A stretch of 64,000 nt of DNA from the human T2T-CHM13v2.0 reference genome, Homo sapiens: assembly GCF_009914755.1 (NCBI RefSeq), contig NC_060926.1; one strand, given 5' to 3'. Position numbers and translations under genes: made by a program. Shown here one piece after another: positions 44,450 to 57,410 of this stretch; the first letter of the stretch is position 1; each line of letters opens with the position of its first letter. The notes below the pieces were generated by a model. The model ran no database searches. It was not told the origin of the DNA and saw nothing but the letters and a program-made list of their open reading frames with translations.

Positions 44450-46049
44450 TTAATATTTTGCTCTATTAAGCACTGGTCAACAGGAAAAAAACATGAATTT
44501 ACTTTGAATCCTAAAAAAGTTATGACTTTAGAACTAAAGTCACCTGTGCCAGGTACCTGAGGCCTCAGAAACAAATATCTGCCTATATACTGTATATTTG
44601 AAAACAAAGTAGCAAAACTTTTTGTTTTTAAGTTTTAGTTCTGGACTTCTACTCCTGCAGCCCGTTAGAAATCATTCTGTCTTTCTCTGTCTCTCTCAAG
44701 TCTAAACAACCCCAGAGGATGTACTGTTGTTTTTATTTGTTTTATAAAGTGCTAATCAAACTATTGATGGTTTAAAAAATTATTTGATAATAATGATTTT
44801 GCTTTTTGTTTTTATTCTTCTTCATGAGATGTGTTTTTCCCAGGGCAAGTTGATAAAGACATTTTTGGCCACCTGATTTTTGCCTGTTGCCATTGACTTT
44901 TCCTTTTTGAAGTGTGACTAAACTTTGAGAGCTCCTTCTTTGGTAATTTATAGAAGAAAAAGCCTTGGAAAAAATATTTGTACTTGATTTTAAGGGGTAA
45001 CAAAATTTCTTTGTTGTTTGTTTTTTGGAATTGTGTTAAAGAAAATTACGAAATTGTAATGATTAAGTGCATATTTTTGAAGGGTTTTACTTTGTTTATT
45101 TCCTTCATCAAAAAAATAAGCAAACCAGTAACTGTTAACCCTAATTTATTTTTACTCTTCAAGTGACATTACTTTTAACTGGCTACATTTGGATAATAAA
45201 AGCCATGGATTTTAAACCACTTAGTAATTTGGTTTCATTTTTAACACAAATAACACCTTTTCATCCATTTTATATAAACTTCAAACAACATATGTTTTAA
45301 CTTACTGCCAAATAAGAAGAAATGTGTTACATTAAAGTGCATGTTGTTTGCCTGTGCATTTGGAAATACCATTCATTTTATAGCAATTTTGAGTTATTTT
45401 TCTGTCACTTTGTATTCCTATTCAAAGAGACATACAGAAACCCTCGCTCAAAACAACTCCCTTAGGGTTTACTCTTGGATGTCAGTAGACATGAACGGGA
45501 GGTACTGTATACAACAAGCTTAGGTGATGGAAATGTCAACTCTTGTTGACTTGCATTTATTATTATCCTTTGAATTGTGTCCTCTTGAGATTTTGTGAGT
45601 GGTATTTTAATATATTTCTTTTATGTTTGAGGTGGGCAAAAGAGAGAGACCACCTCACTTTTTTTCCCCCCTCTTCCCTCTGTTTACGTACAAAAATGAG
45701 ATACTCTCATTCTCTAGAATTTGATCCAAATTTTAAAACTGTTGCTAAGGGATAATGGTCATGCAGAATGTGAAATGTTAATAACATAAAACACTAGGAC
45801 ATAAAAATGGAAACATTTTCAGTGCTAACATGCAATTCAAAGTGTTGGATTGTTTTTAAATTAATGAGAAAGTATTTTTAAAGCCCTTTTTCTTTAGGAT
45901 CTTAAATTGTACCAAGAGAACATGGATTCTTTTAAAGAACACAGGTTAGAGTTAGTTAAAACCTACCAATTAGTATAGGAAAGAGAGACTCCATTATGAC
46001 AGATAAGGTTTAGATAGAATTATTATTAGTAAATTAGAAAATTTAAAAA

Positions 46050-46262
46050 CATCCCCAGGAAGCTTTCTCTGACCTCTCACCTCCTGCCCTTGTTGGGTTA
46101 GGTGCCTGCCACTCTGTGAAGCTCAAGTAATCAGAGCACTGTGCTTAGCACATCCTCACTAGTCTGTGAGCTCTTTCAAGGCAGGTACTGTATCTTATTT
46201 GGCTTAGTTTTTTCATCCATCTCACACAGTAGTTGCTCAGGAAGTATCTGTTGAATGAACGT
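46050..46262 (+). mobile_element. L2 3' end
   Basis: ccccaggaagctttctctgacc...ctagtctgtgagctc...aaggcagg...gtagttgctcag...tgttgaatgaa. Confidence 0.65.
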
Positions 46263-46401
46263 GAGATGTAGAGTGATGATGGATAGACCCTAATTATGTC
46301 CACATCCATGTAATAAAATAAGCAGTATATTTAGGTTTGAGAATAATCTCACTACTTTTTTAAAGAAATAAATGCCTCTGCAATCTTTCTAAAAATAATT
46401 G

Positions 46402-46698
46402 ATTTTTATTTTTAGCCAGGTTCTTGCTCTGTCACCCAGGCTAGAATGGTAGTAGTGTGATCATAGGTCACTGCAGCCTTGAACTCCTAAGCTTAAGCAA
46501 TCCTCCTGCCTACGCCTCCTGAGTAGCCTGGACTACAGGTGCATGCCACCTGCCCAGCTAATTTTTTAAATTTTTTTGGTAGCGGTCAGGATCTTGCTAT
46601 GGTGCCCAGGCTGGTCTTGAACTCCTGGCCTCAAGCAATCCTCCTGCCTTGGTCTACCAAAGTGCTGGGATTAAAGATGTGAGCCACCGTGCACAGCC
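46402..46698 (-). mobile_element. Alu (AluJo/Jr-like)
   Basis: cactgcagccttgaactcc, ctcctggcctcaagcaatcc; TSD aattgat(t/a)tttattt. Confidence 0.95.
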
Positions 46699-48789
46699 AA
46701 GAATTGATATTTATTTTGAGGACTGACTAGAAGTTTTAAAATTAAAAAGAAAATTCATTGCAGTTTTGTAATATGTGAAAAAAATCATGAAAATATATTG
46801 TTAAAAATGTCATCACAATTCTGGTAATCTAACTTTGGGTTTCTAAAAGCTTTTGTAGTGTTAATGTTAATACTGCCCTTTATTGTAGGCCAAGGATGTC
46901 AATTGGAAGCAATTCTTACTACTGGTTGTTGGCAAGTTGCATGAGCAAGGCAGATTTGGACCCAGCCTGAAATCTCTAGTCAGCTCCATTCTTTAGCAGC
47001 TGTCACAGTGTAGTTCCAGCAGTGGTGTGTACCTTTCTTGTTCCACATTATGAGCCCACAAAGAAAGCCACCAGTGAACAGGACCAGCTAAAAGTTTTAT
47101 TCTCCTTCTATTGGGTTGCTTTTGAGTAGATCCAATTTCATTTTTATTAGTGATTCAGTTTCTTCCACGTATAATCACATGTCTTTGGCAGAATCTCTTA
47201 CTTTCTTATGAATACCTAGTAACTCAAAGTAAAGAACATTGAATAATCCTTAAATACAGAGTATTTAGTTTTTTTCCCTCCTGCATTCAGAGTAAGGCCA
47301 TGGTTGCACTAGGCCATACCCAAGTTAATAATTTGTAAAATGCCAAAGCATTTGAAGCTTTTCAGATTTCTATTGTAAAAGTCCTCAGTACAATTTTACA
47401 CTGTCCTTTATATTGACCAATCTAAAGATTTGACTATTAATTTAACCAGCATTATTGTACTTTTCCTCTGGAATAAATCAGGGCTTTTTAAATGAATTGA
47501 TCCCTTACTGTCTTATAACAATAAAGCATATTCAGCGTCATATTTTTCCGATACTATTGCACAATATTGTCAATACTTGAATAGAAGAACAGCTGTTGTC
47601 TAGGGAGTGAAGGTTAAAGGTAAACACTCCCTACTGATTCAAAGAAACACGGGCACCCTATTTATTATGTATTTGTAAGTAGAGCTCTGCAGAGTATTGC
47701 CACATTTAATGTATATTTCATAGAGTAACAAAAGCATTTTCCACTTTTGACTAATACAGTTTTTAGAGCCCATCCTTGTAGGTGACTTGTACGTATGCCT
47801 TACAGGCACACAATAAATATTAGCTGATGATGAGAGATGAATATCCTTGCTTTTCACTTCTGAACATGAGATAACCAAGCCTTTTAGGTAGAGTTAATTA
47901 ATATCTGGTGGTCTTCTACGTTCCTAAGGGAATATGACTTTGAATTCTCTCTCTTCATCATAGATAAATGTGTAGTCACAAATGTGGTGTTCCAGTTTTG
48001 GGCTTGGGAAATGAAGTTTAAATGAATAATGGTAATCCATGGTAATAGAAATGCTTAGTTCTACTGGGTATTTAAGTCTAATATGTAGGCATCTGGGGAC
48101 TCTGATACACTGATTTACTTGTAGGTAAAAACGTTTAGAGCCGCTGGCAGTGTTTTTTGTTGGGATCATTTGTTGCATTTTTAGTGTAACAGTGGACTTA
48201 GAAGTTAAATGTCAACCTTTGGCCGAAATAATCTGCTAGTCAAAGACCTTGGACATTTAGGGGTTTTTAAATTGGAAGTGGAAGGGTATCCTCATTTATT
48301 ATTCATAGCTACAGTATGTTAGTTATTATTCTTTTGTTAAAAATGTGACAAAATTAAAGGCAAATGTAGTTTTAAAGGCTCCAGAGTAAATTAGAAAACT
48401 GATTTCGTACATCTGCAAAAATTTTATTAGCTGATTATTTTACCTCAATTAATATTGGGAATGTTGACAGATAACTACACATCGCTGTTTCACAAGAAAT
48501 ATTTTGTGTATGTTTATTCTTTATGATCAGAAAAATAAATAGTGTAGATTGGACAGTGTTCATTTTTCATAAATGGAAAAGAACATTGTTCTTTTACTAG
48601 CCAGAGTTGGAAGAAAGTACTTGGGATAAGAAATAAAAATGAATGTGTACATTTCAGTATGTGTAGTGGAATGGATTCAGGAAATTCATTCTTTCATATT
48701 AATTTTTCTAAACATTTTTTATGTAGGGATAACAGATAAGAGAGAGTAAAAAAAATCCCATTTAGTAAAAAAACAAACATATTTGTATA

Positions 48790-48952
48790 GATGTAGTAAA
48801 GATACACCTGAAAGTTACATACCAAATTATTAACTGTTCTTTTGGGGGAATAAACCTCTAACCAGGGACCTTTTCTTTTTAAGAATTTTTATACCTCCAT
48901 ATTATTTGATTTTATTTTGAGGAGCATGTATTATACCTGTAATTTAAAAAAA
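48790..48952 (+). mobile_element. LINE-1 3' end (L1ME4-like)
   Basis: catacc..aattattaac...tatttga...gagcatgtatta...tgtaatttaaaaaa. Confidence 0.5.
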
Positions 48953-48958
48953 TTAAGC

Positions 48959-48964
<6 letters not shown>

Positions 48965-49012
<48 letters not shown>
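48965..49012 (+). repeat. (AG)24 microsatellite
   Basis: Perfect AG run. Confidence 0.97.
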
Positions 49013-49015
<3 letters not shown>

Positions 49016-50055
49016 TAGTATATGAAGGGCTATAGGCAGCCCCAGAAGAGCAAGAAAGGCAAAGACCAAGCAGGCATCAGAGCTGGATCCTGACATAGCA
49101 AGCAATTCAGACACCTGCCGGGCATCGGGGCAGGGTGAAGTCTTCTTACCAGAAGAGAAATCTGGAGCAGGGAAGTGGGGGGACCTGTGTGGGGTAGGGA
49201 GTAGGTTTGTAAATTGGAATGTTGTGGTAGAGTAAGACTGGAAAGGTTAGGTCATTCATTATGGAGATAGTCTGAAATAAAGACATCAGGGATCATGGAG
49301 TGTAGTTAGGATATAAGCATTTTGTACAAGAGTTTGATGCTTGTTTCCTTTATATTTTTACCCTGTGGAGCCCTTGGGAGTTCAAGTATGTGTCTATTGA
49401 GAGAGATCCATCATAGCACCTTTATTTATTTATTATTACTATTTATTAGAAAATGAGCAATGCTTAACCTCTCTAGATAGCTTTAATACAGTGACATGAC
49501 TTCATGTTGTGGAGTTGGACAGGTTATATGAACATGCAGAAATGTAGCTATTCAGTTTCTCAGTTTTGGTGATGACCCATGTCAAATAATTTTTAAATTG
49601 TCTAATATGAGATTAGGCTCTTACACTGAGAAATTAAAGTAAAACAAGCTATTTATTAACAGAGTAGGTGGACTAATCCTTTGCTAGAGTAAATATGAGG
49701 AGCTACATCAACACACATATACATTCTCTACGTAAGGTTAAGATGTATGTAGCTAAATATATTCATTAGTATTACTTAGGAGATGCTCTTTCTTTTGTCA
49801 TGTTTCTTTGGCAAAAGCTAGCAGTTCTGTTAGCAGTGGTTTTGATGATAAAATCCTGTAATTCAAGAGGTTGGCTTATTCAACTAAACAACTGCTACCT
49901 TGGGCAATACTGGACCAACTGCGAGGGGACTGTTTTCTTGAGACCTGGAAAGCTGTTCTGTTTGCTAAACAAAGGAATTGTTGATTTCAGTGATTTAATT
50001 CCCCTTTTGGCTAAAGGCTGCTGAATGAAAACAGTGCTTGTTTGGGAAGGAATCT

Positions 50056-50069
50056 GTTGCTAAGGCAAC
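50056..50069. promoter_or_regulatory. Consensus RFX X-box motif (occupancy unknown)
   Basis: GTTGCTAAGGCAAC, reverse complement GTTGCCTTAGCAAC, fits GTNRCC-N0-3-RGYAAC. Confidence 0.45.
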
Positions 50070-51904
50070 TGATATCTCCTTAATTATTGGCCAATATTCC
50101 CAAATGAGATTGGTCTCTTTTGACTGTTGGAAATAACCAAATTATCCTGAGCACTTTCAAGTCTTGAATTTTGTGGTAATGGCGGGGGTTGGGGGAGGGA
50201 TTTCTCTCAAGTATATAAACAGATATCTCCCATTTGGGTTGGCATAGTGTGAGCACTGTGTTTATGAGGGTAAAAATATAGATGATATTTGCAAAACCTC
50301 TTTTATTGTAAGAGATCTTATTACTTAAGACGAGTTGCAATTCTGAGATGAGTGACCTATGTTTAATCTTTTTTTAAAAAATGAATTATTTGATTTCTGT
50401 AAGAAAATAGAATACATCTAATCATTTATCCTCAAGAATAGGCAGATATATGGAGAAACTTGTAAGTATTATTTGAATGATGCTAACAAGGACTGTCTTC
50501 AGAAGCGTCTGCAGCCATTTATGTGAGGTTCTTTACTTGAATGTTTCTAGCACTGCATATGCTGACCTTGGAGAGTGACCTCTTTTCTGTCTATTACTTT
50601 GTAGGATCATGTAAAAGACCTGTGGTTTCTTGTCTCTTGGCAGTACAGTTGTTTGATCATTTAAAATTAATTGAAGCTTTGAATATAGTCAGGCTCAAGT
50701 TCTAGTGTATTCATATCATACTTTGTAATTGCTCTCTAGTGTGAAGGACATACTAAAACATCAGTACAATTCTTACAAAATGGGAATTTGTCTTTATAAT
50801 TTTATTGTATGTCTTTTAAATTCTTATAGTGAATCATAGAGATCACACATTATTATCTCATATCCTTACAACAAAACGGGAATTCACTGTTCTTTGGTAC
50901 TTGTCCTGTGACAAGCCTGGTGAGTATTGATGAAATTCTTCTAATATTACTTGGGGTATCCCAGATCTTCCAGTTGAGTGAACATGAGGTTCTGAAGTGT
51001 GACTGTTTATGATTTCTGTGTTGTAGAACCATGAAAATTTTGTAGGAGTCTCACATGAAAGGCTTTTGGCACAATAGCACTGAGTAAAATCTGTTTTGTG
51101 ATACTTCTGAATGGTTATAGTTCTTACTTAGGAGTAGTCTTTCCATGTTTCATTCATAGAGATGACATTGGGTTTATACCTTGGGTTGAATTGAATATAA
51201 AAAGCTTTGTACTATGTATTGGAAGAATACTTGAGTTGGATTTCATGTACATATTTATTATCTATCCTAGATTTATGAAATTTCACTCTTCATTTTAAAT
51301 AGCTTCAAGAAGTAAATACAAGATTCACTTGATGAAAATATTAAAATACATGAAAAGGACAATATCCTGCGAAACTGTTGACTAAAATATAAGCACAGAA
51401 CCACAGAATATAAGTTCAAAGCTGTCCCTACATGTCTCTAGAGTATCATTAATCTAGTTCTCACTAGGGTTTTAGAGTATCTAAGTAGGTTTTACACTAT
51501 CTACTGAAGTTCTTCCATATCAGACTATAAATATAAGCATACAGTTAAATCTGTGATACATTTTGAATTAGCCTCCCTTTTTAGGACTCTTTTGAGCTTG
51601 TCTTATTTAAAATATGTTGAAGTATGAACTATCAGACTTCAAAAACATTGTTCTTTGAAAAACATTTTTGTGCTGTATTTTTAAATTCCTTGATATTTAT
51701 AATTATTTAAAAGATTTTTGTTGTAGTCATCTAGTTTATAAGATTAATTTTTTCCTGGATTATTGTAGGAAAAAAACAAGTTTTTAAATAAGATAATGTA
51801 AAGAGAATTTATATATTTATGTTGATTAGATCATAAAAATTTGACCCAAGTTATTATATATGTTAAATTCTATGAATTTATTACTTTGTTTTGTCACATA
51901 TTAG

Positions 51905-52258
<354 letters not shown>

Positions 52259-52812
52259 TGAAGATCAAAGATATAGAGAGAATATTTTGTTAGCAATTTC
52301 TTAGCTTTTTTTTTAACCTTATATATTTTGGTTTTTTTTTTTCCTGGAGACTTGTACTTAGTACTAACTTCAGTTTGCATAATATATATTTATATATTCA
52401 ATGTGAATATTTTATATACATACCTATGACAAATCTTAATTTTTATATACAAATATATGGCAGTGTTCTTTTTCTTTCTGCAATGGTAGGTTTTTTCTTC
52501 AATTCAAGACTAATTCAGTATTTTATTTACCTTTATTTATAACCATGTGTGGTATCTTTCTTTTGAGAAAGCATTGACACTCTATTGCTATTAAACACTT
52601 TCACTGGGTGAGATAGAACTGTTGTTGACTGTACATTATGTGTGTGCCAGAGAATATAAAGGAACAATGGAGAAATGTCCCATCACAATTTTGAAAGGGT
52701 CTATTTTAAATGCTACGTGTTTCTACTAGAATATAGAGCTGTAATTTGGAACAGGAGTGAAGAAAGAGACTTGTAGAATTTAAGTTGCCTATCTCCTATC
52801 TCCTAACTCATT

Positions 52813-52887
52813 GGGAGGCTGGGTCTTCATTGTGAAGTCTCTCATGTATACCTGTTAAATGAATTTGTATGCCTTTTGTCCTATTAA
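52813..52887 (+). mobile_element. Possible ERV1 (MER4-group) LTR fragment
   Basis: gggtcttcattgtgaag..tc.catgtatac..gttaaatgaatttgtatgcctttt...ctattaa resembles the MER4-type R/U5 region. Confidence 0.45.
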
Positions 52888-53002
52888 AAAATTAATTAAT
52901 AAAGGGCTCGGACAAATTGAAACACTGGGTCTACTCAGGAAATATTTTTATAGGTGCAGTTCGAATGTTTGAATTAGGATGTAACATTAGAAAACGTAAA
53001 GG

Positions 53003-53208
53003 AGCTGGGCATGGTGGCTCGTGCTTGTAGTCCCAGCAGGAGGCTGAGGCAGGAGTTTCGCTTGAGCCCAGGAGTTGGAGTTGAAGGTTGCAGTGAGCTA
53101 TAATTACATCACTGCATTCCAACCTGGGCAATAGAGTAGCGGGGTGGGTTGGAGGCGAAACAAGAATAAAATGATACAACAAAAACAAAAAAGCAAAACA
53201 ACAAAAAG
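53003..53208 (+). mobile_element. Free Alu monomer (FAM/FRAM-like)
   Basis: Single monomer gctgggcatggtgg...ttgagcccaggagtt...gtgagctat; TSD agaaaa(c/t)gtaaagg (52989-53002, 53209-53222). Confidence 0.85.
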
Positions 53209-53259
53209 AGAAAATGTAAAGGCTATGTAAGGCTTGCCTCAGGCAAAAATTATCAAATA

Positions 53260-53500
53260 GGCCAGGCGCAGTGCCTCACACATGTAATGTCAGCCTGGCC
53301 AACATGGTGAAACTTGTCTCTACAAAAAATACAAAATATTAGCTGGATATGGTGGCAGGTACCTGTAATCCCAACTACTCAGGAGGCTGAGGCAGGAGAA
53401 TTGCTTGAACCCAGGAGGCAGAGGTTGCGGTGAGCCAAGATCGCACCACTACACTCCAGCCTGGACAACAGAGTTGAAACTCTGTCTTTAAAAAAAAAAA
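53260..53500 (+). mobile_element. Alu (AluS) with ~54-nt left-arm deletion removing the B box
   Basis: tgtaatgtcagc joined to ctggccaacatgg; TSD aaaaatta(t/c)c(a/g)aata. Confidence 0.93.
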
Positions 53501-54991
53501 ATTACCGAATAAATATACATTTATCTTTGGTGTTTCCCAACTTAGATTTGAATTGTTGTATCTCTCCCCAAACCCTGCCCTGTGCTCTTGTGTGCCCTGT
53601 GACTGATTAGTATCCTTGTCTCTGTCACTCCAGGTCTGCTCTCTTTTTCTTTTCCCTTTCTGCACTTCAAGCCTTCCTTACCTCCCATGCCCTTGTACCC
53701 TTTTAACTTTCTTTAAAAATGGCCAGTGCTTTATTTCAGTTTCACTGTGTCCATTCTCTAGAAATTAATCTGATGCACTAATCACCATTAAATTGATAAT
53801 GCTTGATAATGTCTTGCCTTGATCTGGTTTGCCATCTTAATTAGAATTTTAACTTAGCTTTTTAGAGGAGAACATTTCAAGACATACCACCTTGATTGTT
53901 GAACTTGGGTTAGGTAATATTTCAAGGTGGTTCATAAAGGTATTTATTTTAAAGGAAAAAGAACACTGAGAGCCCAGCATGCATATCCACCTTCAAGATT
54001 TAATAATTTGAGATTTCAACTGTCCCTTAAGGAAAGCTGATTTTAGAAGAGAGAAGGTAAAACTATTCAATAATTATTATCCATAATAAAATATATTATA
54101 GTTCCTTTTTCTTAGCCAATTAAAGGAAAATACTATGTATTAATAGGATATGTAATTTGGGGGTATAGAAAACATTTTTTTAACTCATCTAATTATTTTT
54201 AGTTTTTGTGATGATGACTACTGATTTGTCCTGTGCTACATATAATTCTTTGTCACAGTTTTATTAGCATATATTATAGCCAAGTGCTTGCTTGGCTATG
54301 AAGAGGGCATTTTTATTCTGTTCCATGTTATTTTTCTTACCAAAAAATGCAACAAAAAACTAAAGTCTATTCAAAAAAAGCTTATTTCATTATTTAAAAA
54401 AATTCTTTCCCATATTCCATATTTCTTTTGTTAGTGTAATAACCAATTTTTTTTTCCAGAAATTTAACCTCTCCCCTGCTTGTGTCATTCAGGTTTGGCC
54501 CAAAAGCAAACAATGGAAGTACTTCTGACCTACCTTTGTTAGAAACTTTGCATATCTAAATCATTGCTTGCAAGAGTGTGAGGGAAAGTAAGAGTAAAGA
54601 GGATAGAATATAAGAGATTGCTTTGTCCTAAGATATTGATGGTCTATTGGGAAATCAGATAACCACATATGACACACTCTATCAGCAAGCCAGATTACTT
54701 TTACGTTCTAAGATATGTGAAAAAGTTAATAGTATCAGTCTTCAGAGAGAAAAGAGAAATTACAGCAGGCTTGAGATGTCATAGAAGTTTTAGACTAAAC
54801 TTTGGTGATAAAAGGGAAGAGGACCTTTGAGATGAAAATTTTCAAATATTCCTATCAGAATTCTCAGCCCAGAGATGATACATGCAGCAAACTGAGAAAA
54901 AGAGGAAAAAAGAATCGCTTCTAGGCTTCTTCATTTGTCCACGTGAAGTCTGTCCAAACCCAGTGTGACAGACTTGTAGTTTCAAGCACCC

Positions 54992-55248
54992 TGTTCTTAG
55001 ATCTTAGACTGCTGTGACAAAATACCTTAGACTGGTTGGCTTAAACAACAGAAATCTATTTCTCACACTTCTGGAGGCTAGGAAATCTAAGATCAAGGTG
55101 CCTCCAGATTCTGTTCTTGCTGAGTTCGTCTCCTGGCTTGTCCTAGAAGGGCTGTCTTATCCTTATGTTCTTACATGGCTTTTCCTTGATGAATTTACTT
55201 GTGGAGAGAGGTAGAGAAAGAGGAAAAGAGAGAGGGGAAGAGCAGGTG

Positions 55249-55283
<35 letters not shown>

Positions 55284-55472
55284 CGAAAGGGGAAGGGGGA
55301 GAGAGAGTTGTCTCTTTTTGTAAGGGCCCAGATGCTGTTATGAAGGCCCCATCTTCATGACCTCATCTAAGCCTTATTACTTCCCAAAGGCCCTATCTTC
55401 AAATACCATCACATTAGGGATTAGGGTTTCAACATATTAATTTTGAGGGACACAAACATTCAGACCATAACA
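54992..55472 (-). mobile_element. MaLR solo LTR (MLT1A-like) with internal (GA)n
   Basis: ggcttaaacaacagaaat.tatttctcaca.ttctggaggct...aagatcaaggtgc...atgacctcatctaa...aaacattcagaccataaca. Confidence 0.9.
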
Positions 55473-55874
55473 CAACACAGAACTCATCTGTGTTATGGTG
55501 AGTCCCACCCTTGCCTTAATTCCCTATCTTCCCCCAGAATCCTAGAAGATAAGACACACTGCTCAAATGACTTAGGACTTAGTTTAGGGCACTCCCTTTA
55601 GGGTCATATGTTGTATTAGTTCAGATTTCAAGTATTTATAGATATTTTTGAATTTATGTTTAATTCTTTATTCAAAATGAGCTTTTTGAGAGCTCATAAT
55701 TGGCTTACCTTATGATTCCAAAGAAGTGAATATTTGGCTTTAGACAAGTGTAATTTGTTTATTTAACAACCATTTAATGGATGCCTATGATGTGCTTCTT
55801 TCTGATTTTTGGCCTAGGGGTTTGTTCAATTTCCTATGCCTCTTACAAGGGCAGAATTGAGGTGGGGCCTTTTA

Positions 55875-56890
55875 GTTTTTCTGCGTCCTTGCCAGCCTTT
55901 GGTGTTGCTGTTATTTTTATTTTAGCCATTTTAATAGATGTATGGTGATATCTCATTATGGCTTTAATTTGCATTTCCTTAATGGCTGATGTTGTCAAAG
56001 ATCTCTTAATGTGCTTATTTTCCATCTGTATATCCTTTTTTGTGAAATACCTGTTCAGTGTCTTGCCCATTGTGTTAGTCTGGTTTTTTGTTGCTATGAA
56101 GGAATATCTGAAGCTGGGTAATTTGTAAAGAAAAGAGGTTTATTTGGCTCATGGTTCTACAGCTTGTACAAGAAGCATGGCACCAGCATCTGCTTCTGGT
56201 GATGGCCTCCAGCTGCTTCCACTCATGGCAGAAGGCAAAGGGGAGCCAGTGTGCACAGAGGTCATGTGGTGAGGGGTGGGAGGAGAGATGCCAGGCTCTT
56301 TTTCACAACTAGCTCTCACTGAATCTAATAGACCAAGAACTCACTTATTACTGCAAGGATGATACCAAGCCATTTGTGAATGATCCCATCCCTGTGAACC
56401 AAACACCTCACGTTAGGCCCCACCTCCAACACTGGGGATCAGATTTCAACATGAGATTTGGAGGGGTCAAACAAACCATATTGAAACTAGAGCACCCACT
56501 TTCTAATTGTTTTTTTTTAATAATTGAGTTTTGAGAATTTGTAAATATATTCTACATGCTACTCTTTGTTGGATATGCAGTAGTTTGCAAATGTTTTCTC
56601 TCAGTCTGCAGCTACTCTTTTCATCTGCTTAATAGGGTCTTTTGCTGAGCAAAGGCTTTTAGTTTTGATGAAGTCCAATTTATTTTTCTTTGTGGGTTGT
56701 GCTTTTGGCATCAATTCTAAGAACTAGTTTTGTAGCTCTAGGTCCTGAAAACTTTTCTTCTGTTTTTATCTGAAAGTTTTATAGTCTTATGTTTTACATT
56801 AAGTCTGTGGTCCAGTTTGAGTTAATTTTTTGTATAAGGTGGGAGTTTTTGGTGAAGATTCACTTTTTTGCTGATGTCCAGTTGCTCTAT
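55875..56890 (-). mobile_element. LINE-1 ORF2 3' fragment (L1M), interrupted by MSTB LTR
   Basis: Minus-strand ORF KTLNRYFTKKDIQMENKHIKR...KEMQIK..RYH...KMAKIK (55843-56070); resumes after the LTR. Confidence 0.88.
56071..56494 (-). mobile_element. MaLR solo LTR (MSTB-like)
   Basis: tgtgttagtc...ctgggtaatttgtaaagaaaagaggtttatttggctcatggttct...aagcatggcaccagcatctgcttctgg; 5-bp TSD cccat/cccac. Confidence 0.92.
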
Positions 56891-56892
56891 TC

Positions 56893-57050
56893 TTTATCAT
56901 AAAGGTCTTCATCCTCATCATCTTACCATTGAATAGGCTGAGGTGAAGGAGGCGGAAAAGGAGGAGTTTGTCTTGCTGTCAGAGGCGGAAGAAAATCCAT
57001 GTGTAAGTGGACCCGTGCAGTTCAAATCCGTGTTGTCCAAGAGTCAACTG
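56893..57050 (-). mobile_element. Tigger2a/MER8-type DNA transposon end fragment
   Basis: tcataaaggtcttcatcctc...taagtggacccgtgcagttcaaa.ccgtgttgtccaagagtcaactg TIR. Confidence 0.85.
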
Positions 57051-57105
57051 TGCTTCCTTTATAAAATGTCAGCTTGTTCCTGTTACATTAAGGAGAAACA
57101 AGGAG

Positions 57106-57410
57106 TTTATTTACTTTATTTATTTATTTATTTATTTATTTGAGACAGAGTCTGGCTCTGTTGCCCAGGCTGAAGTGCAGTGGCGCGATCTTGGCTTACT
57201 GCAACCTCCTCCTCTCGGGTTCAAGCATCCTCCCAGCTCAGCCTCCCAAGTAGCTGTGCATCACCATGCCTGACTAATTTTTGTATTTTTTTATAGAGAC
57301 AGGATTTCACCATGTTGCTCAGGCTGGTCTCGAACTCCTGGGCTCAAGCAGTTCATTCCACCGTGGCCTCCCAAAGTGCTAGCATTACAGGCATGAGCCA
57401 CCGCATCCTG
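57106..57410 (-). mobile_element. Alu (AluJb-like) with (TTTA)n tail
   Basis: ctcctgggctcaagc; dimer structure. Confidence 0.94.
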
